Positions 39,021 to 52,887 of a DNA stretch of 64,000 bases are shown here, piece by piece. Source of the stretch: Lama glama (taxonomy: Eukaryota); contig CM052816.1 in assembly GCA_028534125.1 (NCBI GenBank), positions 49,912,001 through 49,976,000 of the forward strand, given 5' to 3'. Within the stretch, counting starts at the first letter, position 1; every line of letters begins with the position of its first letter. A program made the position numbers and the translations under genes. The notes under the pieces are model-generated. The model had not been told where the DNA came from. It saw only the letters and a list, made by a program, of their open reading frames with translations, and did not search any database.

Positions 39021-40769
39021 TTTTTAAGCAAACTCAGCCAGCGAGTCTGTATTAGCCAGATTTCATCAGAATGTCTTACATTTACTTTCTGAGTCCCTAT
39101 CTGACTTATTCACGTCTACTGGTTCCCAGTTATGACTACTCACTCACAGTTCTAATCTAGGCCACCTGGCTCTTGGGATTTTCAGTTTTGATCCTTAGTC
39201 ACTGGCTTTGACTAGTCCTGAACTCCGGTCTGATCTCCAAGCCCAGATGGTAATCCCACAGGGAACCAACCCCTGAAGCACTGCTGGTTTGTACTTGCTT
39301 AACCCTATTCCATAAAACAGTATGTGACCACGGCCACAGAATGACTCCTAATTTGGTTCAATTTCTCTGTTTTACATCCAAAATTTTACGGAAAAAAATT
39401 TTAATGCATAAATAAATGCTGCTTACTAGCATGTGTCTCATGATGGGCGTGCCACCATCCACAATGTTCTACCCCTGGAAATGGGATTTTCAGGCCAAAA
39501 TGATGACTCACTGAGGTACCATTTCTAGAAATCTAGTCATTTGTACCTAGGACACTGGCTACTCTCAGGAAGTAATGAATAAGTTACCAGAAGGGAAGCT
39601 AAAGCTTCAAATGAATTGAAGTCTTACGAGATTTTGATGAGTCAAAGCCATTTGGGGTGGGGGGGTCCCCAAAAGAAAAATAACCTTGGGTAATTTTCAA
39701 CATGTGAAATTCTGATTCTTTCAGAACAAAAAAGCAACAGTACAGTGTCTTTAAAACTTTTGATTAGAAGTCACTTGGATAATTACAATTTATTCTTTAA
39801 AAAATAGTTTGTACATATGAAACTTTATATTTACCTGTCAAACACTAATTTTACAAAGTAAACAGCTCTAATAATTTGTTTACTTAGAGCTTCACTCTGA
39901 CTTATTTTTTTGGCACTACTGTATTATATGGGGAAGAAATCAAATATTGAATAGCATCTTCTTTAAAAGAATTATTTATCAATGATATTTTAATTTTGAA
40001 AAACTATTTTAAAAGAATCTTAAATAAAATACTGTATGTCTGTAAGTTCAAGGAAAACAAGTAAAACAAGATGCAGTTATGAGGGAGATATCTGGGGAGT
40101 TAAAAATTTCATTTGTCCTTGATAAAAAAAACAGAGATGAAAAAGGAGATGTTAGAAAGGAAACAGATTTCATGACGTTTTACATGAGCAAATCAAGATG
40201 ACAGCTGGATTATGCCTGAGCTGTGTTATCGGTCACACTGGTGGTTGGTCCACATGCTCTCTTTGTCCATTTTTCTCCAGACCCAGACATATGCTCCAAT
40301 TCCATGGAGACAATCTCCCTTCTTTTGCTCCCAACTTTCTAGAACTTGCCTGTTTCAGGTCCTGTTACCTCAGAACTTCCCAATGTTTCAGATATCTAAT
40401 GAAAATCAATCAAGGCGATTTCTTTTTCCAGCGGACAATGCTTCTATTTCTCTCACTATCTCAACGCCATGGATGATCAAATGCATCAAGGTTATCTTTA
40501 TGGCATCCTTTCTACCTTTGAAAGATGATTGTTTTGTCATCCACCTAATTTCTGAATTCATAATTTTCAGCTAGTTTAGTGTGAACATGTTCATCTCACC
40601 ATCAACAGCCATGATCTGCTAAGTAGGACTAACCCTCTGCTACTTGGGATCATCTAAGCTTTGTGTGTGGTAAAGATGACCCTGAACACAATGGTCTGAA
40701 CACACCAGATCCTCGGAACCCTGTTATTTACTTATCAGTGCCTGTTATGAATTGGAGGGACCAGAGCAA

Positions 40770-41822
40770 TGGTGATGGTTTGTTCGACATGTCAGCTTGG
40801 CTGGACCTGGGAGGGTCTCTATTGTCTTCGTCCATTTTTCTCCAAACTTAACTAGATATAGGCTCCACAGTGCTCCAGGTTTGTGGGGACAGTCTCTCTT
40901 CTTTCACTCCCAAGGTACCACAACTTGCCGTCTTTGAGCCCCACTCCCAAACACTTGGTTAAAACATCATTCCTGAGGATGTCTGTGAGGATGTTTCTGG
41001 ATAAGATGAGAAGTTTTTCAAATAAGGTTTTAACTTCTGAACATAAAACTTTTTACCACATTTCTAGTTAGGTCTTTTTGTGTGACATACTTAGGACCAC
41101 GTACTTAATAGAGAAGTCCTAACTATATCCATAGGCTGATTTGGTTTCCACCCTCACTCAATAGAGTGACCCTTGTCCCCCTTCGCCATTCCAGTTTGAG
41201 GCACTTGGTGTCACATAGAAAGTGTCATTGGCTGGAGAGATGGGGCTTCTGTTTAAAACTCTCCAGGGCAAAGAAGAAACTGAGAGAGGAAGTCTCCTTC
41301 TTCTCAGGGCCCTCCCTGGGTTAGCAGAAGGAAAGAACACAGAAGTTTCCACGAGGGTCACAGTAGGCTTCCGTATCTCAGACCGGATAGGGAGCCCCAA
41401 GGCATTTTTCCTGCCCCACCCCAGTCTCTCTTCAGCCTGGTTACTTTCTGGCCCCAAAATGACCCTACAAACTACCCCATCTCTGGACCTTTGACCCTCT
41501 CTTTCTGTTCTAAGCAACTTGAGCACAGATTGCTCTTTCCAATGTGGGTGGGCCTCATCTAATCCACTGAAGGCTTGAATAGAATAAAAAGCTGAGTAAG
41601 AAAGAACTCTGTCTCTCTAACTGTCTTTTAGCTGGGAGATGGGTCCTCTCCAGCCTCCAAACTCAGATTGGAACTTACACTACTAGCCCTCCTGGTTCTT
41701 AGGCCCTTAGACTTGCACTGGAACTTACGTATCAGCTCTCCTGGGTCTCCAGCCTGCTAATTGCACATCTTTGCCTTCTCAACTACTGTAATCACATGAT
41801 CCAATTCCTGACAGTAAATCAT
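40770..41822 (+). mobile_element. MLT2B-like ERVL solo LTR split into three collinear pieces by two insertions
   Basis: LTR pieces: about 40770-40807 (gtgatggtt...tgtcagcttggctggacc), about 40947-41010 (ttggttaaaacatcattc...tgtctgtgaggatgtttctggat) and about 41525-41822 (cagattgctctttccaatgtgggtgggcctcat...ccaattcc). Confidence 0.85.
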
Positions 41823-42005
41823 AGATATCTAACAAATATTTACAGAGGGCCTACCATGAGCCTGACAGCATTCTAAGCAGTAGGAGATGGAATCGGTGGT
41901 CAAATATCTTTCACTGAGGCTAAAGCCTATCTCATACCCACATCAACTGAACTGAAGGATGGTTTTATCAGCTAGCTTCCTTTATAACTTCTGGTGAGGG
42001 ACCAG

Positions 42006-42440
42006 CCATTCATTCATTTGGTCAACAGCCTATGTGTTAAGTATCTATTATTAGGTACTCTTCTAGGTGCTGGAGGTACACCAGTGGAGGACAGGGCACA
42101 GTTGCTCAGAAATAATTTTCCATGAGTCTCTCACAGTCCCATACATCTTGTGGTCAGCGGAACTGACCACCTTTGTTCTGGGCTATTTTCTCAAGGATGT
42201 TTATATAGGGAAGAGGCTTGGAAGATACAGTCTCTTGTTCCAGAGCGAGGAGGTCTGGTTTTCTTACAGCCTTGGATAAAGTGATAGTGATAGACTTTAG
42301 GGATGACTGAGATGGAAAGTTACTACAAAGTTTTCAGTGAAGCAGTAACATGATTTGATTTGCAGTTTAACAGAATCACACTGGCTTGTGGGTTGAAAAT
42401 CATTCAAAGGAGCCCAGGGCAGAAGGAGAGAGTGGTGAGA
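42006..42440 (-). mobile_element. L2 LINE 3' fragment
   Basis: cattcattcatttggtcaacag...ttctaggtgctggag...gtaacatgatttgatttgcagtttaacagaatcacactggct. Confidence 0.6.
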
Positions 42441-43391
42441 CTGAAAGATAAGGCAGAAAGGAGTATGTAGCTAGAGATAGAGTACTTCCTTGAGTGAGAA
42501 GGAGAGGTAAAAGACGTGTGTTCTTTGGATAAAGGCATTTCTCCATTTCATATTTAAAACTCTAAGTGGTACGCTAATTTTCTCAGCAGCATTCTTCTTT
42601 AGTTCACTGAGCTATAATTGTATAACCCTAATTAGTGCTAAGAATCTATTAGGCACTAAAAATTTCCTCTCTAGTTACAGAGGAGCACATGTCCTATATG
42701 TGAAATTAAGAAAGAATTAATTTTGATTATGCCAAGTTAGGATCAATTAATTGATAACTTGCAATAGGTACTGAGAATTTTAATGTTTTCTGATACATCA
42801 TAAAGCAAATCAAACTTAGGCTGGGTTTTTTTTTTCCCCAGTAAGATATGTTAGCACATAAGCTTTTCTATTCAGAGGAAGACTTTATCTATCATTTCAA
42901 AAAGCAAAAGTCATAACTAAGGTGAAGATGGCCATGGGTATCCAAATCAGTGTTTTCCAGGAATCTTTTCCATCTAAGCCAATCATCTCAATATTTCTGA
43001 GATTAAAGTCTTATAAATCTTGCAAAGATTTCTAGCTGGTTCACTGACGTGATTAACCTCATATCCTCCTATAATATAATAAACCTCATATAAAGACTCA
43101 GGGAGGAAAGACAGAACTGGCATGGTGAGGAAGCAATGTAAATCCTCAGTGAAGTCGGGAAAGAAGAGAAATCTATTTCTATAGAGTTCATCATCCTCCA
43201 TCTCTTTTTAGTTTCCTCAGGGAGGTACATTTCCGCATCAGGCAGCGTCATTCTGGACCACCCACCCAGAGTGCCTTTGTGGCTGAAATCCCCCCAGTGA
43301 AAATATTCTATTCCCAACAACTAGACAGCGTCATGAATTCTTTATAAACCGCTCTGTGAAAAAGCCCCAGGAAACACAAGAGTATTTTAAC

Positions 43392-43720
43392 TATTCATCC
43401 ACCCATCCTTGGATTAGTGTAACAAATATTTATTGAGCACTCTCTGCTGGAGGATACAGTGATTTACATAGAAAATGCAGAGATGTCTGAGATATGATTT
43501 CTGAAGAGAAAATCTACATGCCAAGAAAGACAGAGCACATTGTGTGGTAAATTCACTGTTTATATGTGCTACAATCAAGGTTCATACAAAGAACCATGGG
43601 AAACGGAAGCCACAGTAAACCCTGCTATGATGGTGGACAAAGGGCTGAAGACTTGTGCATTTAAGGGTGAGTGGGACTCACTCAGGGAAGGAGGTAAAGG
43701 CAGGAGCAAGATTATTGGAA
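43392..43720 (-). mobile_element. L2 LINE 3' fragment
   Basis: aacaaatatttattgagcac...tgctggaggatacagtga. Confidence 0.6.
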
Positions 43721-46592
43721 GACAATTTCCTCTATCAATCTAGTATATAATGTAGGTGCAAAAACTTTAATATACTCTCCAAGATAGCTGATTCACGTAC
43801 TGTTATCCAAATCTATGCCAGAAGATGTTAAATGGCATTATTAGTTAAGAAATAGTCCCTCATTCTTGACTGGTATTTAGGACATGTGGTTGGTTAGAAA
43901 GATGTCACAGACCCACATCCCTGGTATGAGGGCAAAGGAAGAATCCAGCCCATCGGGCCGAGCATCCCTCCACCTCCTGGGGATTCTGTCTTGACTCAGC
44001 TACAAAGTTGTCTTAGTACAACTGCCTACACGAAATCTACACGCACACCATCCGCTTTACACAGATGGAGACCGGGCTGTTCTCAGGGAGGGCATGAACT
44101 GGGAAAGAGCAGCGGGCTGTCTTCTGGGGAGCAGGGAATGAAAATATACATCATCTCATTTACAAATAAATAAATAACAGTGGTTACACAAGTATACAGA
44201 AAATTATCAAAATGCAACAAATTCTCTTATGATTGTATTTTAATTGTATCTTAATAATCATAAAAAGTATGAAAAAATCCTCCTTAAAGTCAACTTTTCA
44301 TGCATGGTACTAGTCAGAGGGTTTAAGGATAGAGGTTTCCCCAAGCTGTGAGAACAGAGGCTCTGATAGCGTTTTTGACAACTCACTAATAAATGCAGGA
44401 ACCTTTGGCAGACTTTGGTCTCAGATTTGCTTTCGTTGTAACTAACCATCTGGCCATTAATTCAAAGAGATGGTGGCAGAAAATCAGTACCTACCCCTAA
44501 CTCCCTGACATTTACCCAGAAACCCTGACATTTGCTAAACAGCTAAATTGGCTTAGGTAAATTTGCAACCCTGGATAACAGTAATTCTCGTGGTAGAAAT
44601 CTGAAGTTGAGCTCGAAAGGGAGGGCAGCGCACAGGCAAAGGCAGGATTTTAAGGGAAATCTGTCTTGTAGCACCTCTCTCACTGCTAGTCAGCCAACTG
44701 TGCAGATGTGTGGAGCTCTCTTTGGAACAAGCACCACGGCCCACGTATCTCCTGTCCCCACAAGGCCTTACAGTGTCTTGTACTGAATATTTAAACACTT
44801 GCAATGAAGGAAGAGTGTATTTATTCAGAAAAGTTTATTTCAGTTCTGTGTCTATTAATTTGTCAAATCAGAAAGAAAGTTGTAAACCCAAAAGAAGACA
44901 AAACAAGAAGGAAGGGGATCCAGGAAAAGTAGTGGAAATGAGAAAGGGATAAATATTGGACAACAGGAACATTGGAAATTCTACTTCTGTCACTCTCCTA
45001 TGTCCTCAAGACCCTCTTCTCTCCTCGCAATTCTCTTACCCCATAAAACCATGAGATTGATTTGAAAACTACTGTTCTTAAGGAGGCCAATTAAAAAAAA
45101 CTCATCATAAATGAGACTTAATTTATGCTTATTCAGGTGAATATGTCAGGCTCGATTTTGTTAAAACTCAAAATATCTCAAATGATTTTCAAAAATAATA
45201 TGATCTAGAACTTAAAAGCAATACCTGTGCTATATTTTAAATTTTATATGTATATTTTGAAATTTGATAGTATGTACCTTATTTCTCCAAAAATAACAAA
45301 AATATTTTAGCCCTGATTGAGTGCATTTTGCAGTGAATCTGATATTTCTGAGGGTATAAATTTTCATCTCCTTACTGACTGAATAAATAGAAAAAATGAG
45401 CACACCACTGCAGTCTGGATGCTGCACCATGAATCAAAAGACAGCAACCCTAGACAACTAGTTCTCCCTAAAGAATAGGAATTGAAAGGGCAGTAAAGAA
45501 ATAAATTTTTGTCACATTCATTTTTTAAATGTCAATACACAGTGAGTTTTGATCACAAGGCCAAGGAGGTGGCGGGGGTAGGGGGGGTGAATATTAATTC
45601 TGTTGATCTTTTAACAGACCAGTTATATTTGATGTGAATTTACATTTATACTTCCAGACCCATAACACTTCAATGGCCCCTCAAAACATTAGCTTACCGC
45701 TGGAACATCTAAGTTTTTTTTGGAAAATTCATATGATACTGGAATATCCAGTGAGCACCAGGCACACAACATGCCCAACACAAGCTTCACTTCTGTGCAG
45801 TCTGTCCTACTACACGATGTACCTCGGGGATTCTGCTTAGATACTCTAGAATGTTATTTAACCTGAAGATAAATAAAACTCTTTAAAAGAGAGTACAGAG
45901 GCTGCATTCGGAGGCTCAGGTCTTACTTTGTTCTTGGGTACAACTCAACCCACAGAAAGATTATTCACACCCACTCAGAGGTCCCAGCTGCACTCCCACC
46001 ACCAGGTACGTGCACACCCAAAATGGCCTCTTTGTAAAACAGGAGGGCCTGGGAAGGAGGAACAGTACGTTCAGTCATTCTGCAACCACTGGGTAAAACA
46101 TTCACCTTCAGTCCAGGTTTAAGAATGTCAGTACTTATTCTATACACTTGGGAAAGCTGGAGTGAATAAAATGCTGTTGAAACAAAGTCGTATTTCAAAG
46201 CTTACAATTCTTGATTTAAATTTTTGAGATTTCCTTGTCATGAAAACTATTAACTTGCTGTTCCAACCTATGTTTGCAGAAGCATTTTGTTGTCAGTTTA
46301 GAACATGTTTTTCATGGATAACTGGCCTAATGAGCCTGTACAAACTGTATTACAATGTTAACACAGAGCTGAAATAAAATAAAAAATATATATTTATGTA
46401 TTACATATTAGACAAAAATATTCATTCCTTACATGTAAAATTGTCAAGTACTTTTGTTGCAAAACCTGATCTAAATGGAACCTACTATAGAATTAAATGA
46501 CTAAATAATACTTACTGAACTCCAAATTAGGACTACCAGACTACATGAGCTAAGAAGTATGCAGAAAGACAATGAGATACGATATTTGAAAT

Positions 46593-46812
46593 CAAGGTTT
46601 TTCAACCAGACTATTACTAACATTTGGGCCTGCATAATTCTGTGTTGGAGAGGGCTGTCCTGTGCATTGTAGTACATCTATCGGCACCTCTTGCCTCTCC
46701 ACCCACAAGATGCCAGTAGGACCAACCCACCCATCTCCAAAGTGCAACCATCAGAATGTTCTAGACGTTGTCCCCTGTATGAGGTCAAAATCACCCTGTT
46801 GAGGCTCCCTTT
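46593..46812. mobile_element. MER20 hAT-Charlie MITE
   Basis: catttgggcctgcataattctgtgttggagagggctgtcctgtgcattgtag...agatgccagtag...caaaatcaccctgttgag. Confidence 0.85.
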
Positions 46813-47257
46813 TTTAAATCAAGACAGTTCCACAAAATCCTGAACATGTGGTTACTAATCACTTAACCCTAAAAATCAAAAAAACAAAAAATAAAAAACC
46901 ACAAGTCTTAACATAAAACAATGCCACAGCCACAAGTAACTCTTTGACTTAAAGATACTAGCCATTGTTAAAGGGCAAGCTGTTGCTTACATGTTTCCCA
47001 ATATATATGATTTAGGAAACAGAGTCATAGTTATCTACATGAGTTTTTATTTTTACATAGGTTTCCCTATTGGTCTTTTTCATTTTCTGCATTAATAAAC
47101 CTGAATGTTTAGAGAAGAGGTATTTTCTCAATTTTCCTCTTCACCTTACAGGAAAAATGAAATCTGATTAAATATTGAGTCTCACCCAATTCTCTCAAAC
47201 CAATATTAATACTGGACTTGGAAAATGCAACTTACTTTTTAACTTTATTTTCCATTC

Positions 47258-47723
47258 AATTTTTTTTGAGGTATAGTAGGTCTAAATGTTGTGCTAATTC
47301 TAGTGTACAGCATAATGATTCAGTTATACATGTTATATATATATTCCTTTTCATATTCTTTTTCATTATAGGCTATTACAAGGTATTGAATACAGTCCCC
47401 TGTGCTATACAGTAGGACTTTGCTACTTATCTATTTTATATATATAGTTTTTAGTATCTGCAAATCCTGAACTCACAATTTATCCCTCCCTCTACCCCTC
47501 CACATTTCCCCTGGTAACCATAAGTTTGTTTTCTATGTCTGTGAGTCTGTTTCTGTTTTATAAATAAGTTCATTTGTCTTATTTTTTCAGATTCCACAAA
47601 TAAGTGATATAATATGGTATTTTTCTTTCTGTTTCTGGCTTATTTCACTTAGTATGGCAATCTCCAGGTCCATCCATGTTGCTGCAAATGGCATTAATTA
47701 TTTTTTATGGCTGAGTAGTATTC

Positions 47724-47777
<54 letters not shown>

Positions 47778-47919
47778 ACAAATATATAAAAATATATATA
47801 TATACACCACAACTTTATCCAATCATCTGTCAATGGACATTTAGGTTGCTTCCATGTCTTGGCTATTGTAAATAGACTACTACAAATATTGGGGTGCATT
47901 TACCTTTTCAAATTAGAGT
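47258..47919 (-). mobile_element. 5'-truncated artiodactyl-type L1 (ORF2 end and 3'UTR)
   Basis: Minus-strand translation LFTIAKTWKQPKCPLTDDWIKLW (L1 ORF2 C-terminus); reverse 3'UTR (ccctggtaaccataagtttgttttctatgtctgtgagtctg); no clear TSD. Confidence 0.9.
47726..47773. repeat. (GT)24 microsatellite inside L1
   Basis: Perfect GT run. Confidence 0.95.
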
Positions 47920-49799
47920 CAAAAAGTCCAATTTGCATTGTTCCAAATATGAAAGTAATTTTGTAAAATTTTGCTTTCTGGGACAAAGGACAATTAATCA
48001 ATACCATATTTTAAGCAAACTACTCTCCTGTATTTTTTTAGTTCAGTTTCCAGCCTCACAACTTGCCTGTTATTGTTGTCATTTAATCTCTAGATTTCTA
48101 ACTGATGCCTTTTAAGACCCAGAAGTTCCCTGTTAGCTCTCCCTTCCTTTGCCCATCAGACTCCAGTGCAGTTTTTTAAAAAGTAACACTGAGGTAGTGG
48201 GGGGAAATAATGATAGAAATTTACAAAGAGGAAGATCAATCAAAGAGAATATTGAGATTTTTCGTTCCCTGGGAAGGAAAAGTGTTGTGACAGCAGGAGT
48301 CAGTCCCAGCAGACTTGGGGACATGAGAAGAAAGTCCCCATCCCACCCTCACATGGCATCCCCTTCCCCCAACCCTCCCACCCCTTGGAGCCTGGCAAAA
48401 GTCCCAAGTCCTGAGATTTCCTGAGGCTGGTGAGCTGTAAGCTGGGTGCATTTTCTCAGCGAGAAGTTCGCTAATAAGAATCCTTTCATAAATGTTTCTT
48501 GTGATTTTCTCAAATAGGGAAACTCAGATACTGTCCAGACATTGATGAAGTATTCATCACACTGAGCCTGCCTCTTTGCTTAGCAGAGAAAGGAAAGGTT
48601 CGAACTCCTTAGTTTACACCACCATGGCTCACCTGCAGGGAAAGACTGACTCATTTTCAGTATGTTCTCAGCAGACAGAAGGCCTGAGGCCACAGAATAT
48701 ACAAATCTCCTGTCCTCATGAACTTCTCAACCTACTGCCTCTCATAAGCAAAGCAAAGTTGCTTCATTTCTGCATCCAATCAACGGAGGACAGTAGCAGT
48801 TGTGAACATTCATTTAGTGTCGCCTGTCACAGTACTTGCTAGTAGATGGTGTGTTTGCTGTTGTCATGCTTTATGAACATAAATCCTGATATATGAAAAC
48901 TCAGTAGAAATAATAAAAGTGCTAGTAAGAAGAGATATATGTTTTATTAAAAATAACATTCAAGATCACAGAATAATTGAAACTGGTGAAAGATGATGAT
49001 GATTGGGTAAGGGATGAAACATTTGAAATCAGGAATAATTCGGAAAGACAAAGAGGGTTCACAAACAGCCTGAGAAAAGTACTGTGTCTATGCAATCTTC
49101 AAAAATGAGTAAGAGACAAGTGATTACTGGAATTAAAAAGTGTTTCAGCATCAGTGGCAAATGCCTGTGAGCTCATTGCTAATTCTGGAAACGTCCAGGT
49201 GTTTGGATAGTTTTATTGGGAACTTGCAATCACTAGACTTAAATGTGGCCTTTTGAAACATAATCTGTTCTTTAAACTTTTTTATATTAGATTTGCTACA
49301 AACATCTGCAACCCCCTTTCATGTCTTTGACCTGGTAGTTTGAATACAATTTTATTCTTGAAGAAGGAAAAGAAGAAAGACGTTGTTTGAGGTTTTTTGT
49401 TTGTTTGTTTTGTTTTGCTTTGGTAGTCCAAGTGCATTCAGAGTTGAAAAACATAATTGGTAATTATGAGTTAGTTAGCCTACTCCTTGGATTTCCAGAT
49501 TCCATTAATACTTTGATTACTCCACCAGACATGTAAGCTCAGAACTTCCAAGTCATTAGAGAAGTGAGTACTTTTCAAAACTATATTTATCTTGTGTTGG
49601 CTTAACTTGTCTGGTCTCAATTTCTGTGCACAGGTATTGACATGGTTTACATTCAGGTTACTATGTTCTCAACACATATTTCTCTTTAGAGTCAGTATTC
49701 TGTGCTTTCTAATCTGGGAACATTAGCTAAAAACAAATTGAGTACATTTGTAAAATTCTTTCTTTGCAGCTAAATTTCTTCTTTTTCACTTTAATAACT

Positions 49800-50540
49800 A
49801 CTGAACCAGTTGCCAAATTATTTAGATTTTTACCTCTGAAATGTCTTTGCAACCTTCCCCATCTTGCATTTCAACATTCCTTTCGAGAATTATTTTGCTT
49901 GCCCCCTAACTGGGCTTCCACTCCTCTCATCCTGCCCACTTCTTTTCTATGTTTAAATGTCAGTTTATATTCATACACACAGCTCTGATTACACACTGAA
50001 TTCCTACTAAACTATGTGAAGCCTTTCAATTCTCTAATGACATTAAATATACTCTCCTACTCATTTCATGGCTGCTAACAATATAACTGCCACTTCTTCC
50101 TCCCTGTCACTCCAGTTTCCACCCCTCAACTCTTTCTGCAGTTTCCCTGTTTACCAAATAAATGGAATATCTCCACATATATTATTCTCCTACTAGGAAT
50201 TTCCTTGATGCCTCTTTCCATCCATCAAAACATTACCCATATTCCCAAATCCATCTCAAATGCCTTGTCTATTTTCCCAATTTCTCCCAAGTGGAGGTGA
50301 CTTCTTTCTGATTTTGAGGTGCCCAGTCCCTACAGAAGCTTCTCTGCATCCTTTTATGGCATTAACCCTACACACAGCACCTAGTATTCTATAGCATGTG
50401 CCTCCCAGCTAGTGCCATATGCTAGACCATCAGCTCATTCAGTGCAGCAATTAAAATATACTCATCTTTGTGTCTTCTGCAGTGCCTGGTACTTAACGAG
50501 CACTTAGTGAATATCTGTACAATTAAGAATGAAAGAATAA
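49800..50540 (+). mobile_element. L2 LINE 3' portion, decayed
   Basis: catctttgtgtcttctgcagtgcctggtacttaacgagcacttagtgaatatctg...gaatgaaagaat, with a pyrimidine-rich upstream body. Confidence 0.55.
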
Positions 50541-52047
50541 AAAGTATGCTCAGGAGCTTGAAGAAGCATGAAAGTATTCATTCAGTAAATATATTTTGAG
50601 TATATATATATCACTTGCTAGAAACTCTCCTATAATCCATTTCATTCAGCTCAGCTTTTCCCAGGTGGAAGAAATTAATATTATGTACTTGCCAATAACA
50701 GGCAAAAATAAGCCAATTCTACCTTTAGAATAATCTACAACATAGTTTTCACCAACAAATCTAGCAGATATAATTTCTCATAATGTTAAAATATGTAAAT
50801 AAAATTAAATCTCCCTATGTGTTAATTTAAGCATTTTTTTGCATAAAAATCACAGTATACAGATCTAAGTTTTCACTTTCCAAGATATACTTGATTCAAA
50901 ATAAACCTATAGCTCCCAACTGACAGCTGACAGTTTTGTATGTTCAGTGTTGGAAAACTCCATAAAATTTGATCTGTTAGTGCTATAACTCTAGGTAATG
51001 GTAAATTTACACCAAAGTAACAGTAGGCATGTAGACAGAAATAGATCTTCTTTGAAAAAAATCATTTTATTGCACTATTTTTTAATGGAATATGTGTGAA
51101 TTACTTGAAATTAAGTTATCATGCATCAAAAATCAGTATGGTTGTGCATATGTGCCTAAACATACATCTGACTATATGAAAAAATTTTTAAACTAAGCTT
51201 GTTAAGGATTGACTGCTACATGAAAATAAAGACTGAGTTGTGAGTTCTAGGCCTCGCTATTCCCAGCTAAGCTTTATTTACTAGCAGCAAAACCTTAGTC
51301 AAATCAATTAACTTTTCCAGACTTAATTTAATGAAGTGAAAAATCGTATAATCAAAATTAGCTTTAAGAGACATCTGCCATCTTAGAAGAGGAACTTTCA
51401 AAATGGAGTAACAAGGATCAGATTTACCCTCCTGTCTGAAACAATCTCAAAACCAGACAACATATTTGAAGCAATGAATTTTAGGACCCTGGCCATCAGG
51501 CAAAGAAAAGAAGTAATCCCTGAGGACGGGAAACAAATGAAGTGATCCTTATATCTGCCCAGTTTATAGCCTCAAGAGAGGTTTCTAGACTGTGTTATGG
51601 GAAGGAGGGAATCCAGGTGGAGCTTGCGGACTCCCTGAGGTGAAGGCATGAAGCTGAGTGTCTAAAGAAACCAAGAGGGTGTAGTTTTGAGACAGAGTGC
51701 TGGAGAGAAGTGAAACGCACAGAAAAAGAACACTAGAGACCTGCAGAAGTTCGTTCTTGAATATTCAGGAGAGTTTAGATCAGTCGGAGCATGTGAAGAA
51801 ACCACCCACAGCCAGAGACAGAACCATCTCTGAGAATAAGAGAGAACAGTTCCAGAAACTCACACAGGATGGGGAATAGACCCTGTTCCCACCAGCCAGA
51901 CTAGATACCAATGAAACAATAACTGGGTCTTTGAGAGGATCAATAAAAAGCAATAAACCTCTAGTCAGACTGCTCAGGAGAAAAAGAAGACAAAATTATC
52001 AATATCAGAAATTAGAGAAAGAGCATCACCAAAGATTCTACATATGC

Positions 52048-52076
52048 AATAAATAAATAAATAAATAAATAAATAA
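52048..52076. repeat. (AAAT)7 microsatellite
   Basis: aataaataaataaataaataaataaataa. Confidence 0.9.
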
Positions 52077-52887
52077 GAAAGTATTATGAACAATTTCATA
52101 CAAATAAATACAACAACTTTTGATGAACAAATTTTTTGAGAGATACAAGCTACCTAGGTTCTCTCAAAAAGAAGAGAAATAGATAAGAGGAATTACCTCA
52201 TCCCTACTTAGGAAATTGAATTTTCAGGTAAAAATCTTCATACAAGAAAACCTCCAGGCCCAAATGTCTTCTCTGGTGAAGTCTACCAAACACGTAAGGG
52301 AGAATTCATCCCAATTTCACATTACCTCTTTGAGAAAACTAAAGAGAATGGACTACTCCCTTAATCACCCTGTGAGGCTAGTGTTACTCTGAAACCAAAC
52401 CCGAAAGCATTACAAAAACTAAAACAAAAACAAAAAAAGCCAAACTAGAGCTGAATATCCCTCATGAATATAGATGCCAACAGTTAAATAATACCTTAGC
52501 AAACCAAATCTGACAATACATTAAAAAAATTAAGTACGTCACAACAAAGTGGAGTTTTCCTATGAATATAAGGTTGATTAAACAGTCAAAAATCAATCAG
52601 GATAATTTACAACTGTTCATATACATATACCTGTTAAAATCATGTGACATCCAAACTAATGCAGAAAAAGCATTTGACCAGATCAAGCATTTATTTCTGA
52701 TAAAAACTCTCAGTAAAATACGGATAGAAGGGAATTTCCTCAACCTGATAAAGGACATCCATGAAACAACTACAGCTAACATTATACTAAATTGTGAAAG
52801 ACTGGATGTTTTCCTCCTAAGAACAGGACCAAGACAAAGATATTCACCCTCATCACTTCTGTTCAACACTGCACTAGATATTCTAGC

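Noticed and set aside
40198..40770. Possible processed pseudogene (overlapping ORFs of 92 and 120 aa)
   Set aside because: The translations I examined on both strands resemble no protein I recognise; no poly-A tail or TSD seen.
45927..46048. Minus-strand exon candidate with plausible acceptor and gtaaga donor
   Set aside because: Stop codons in all three frames and no supporting evidence.
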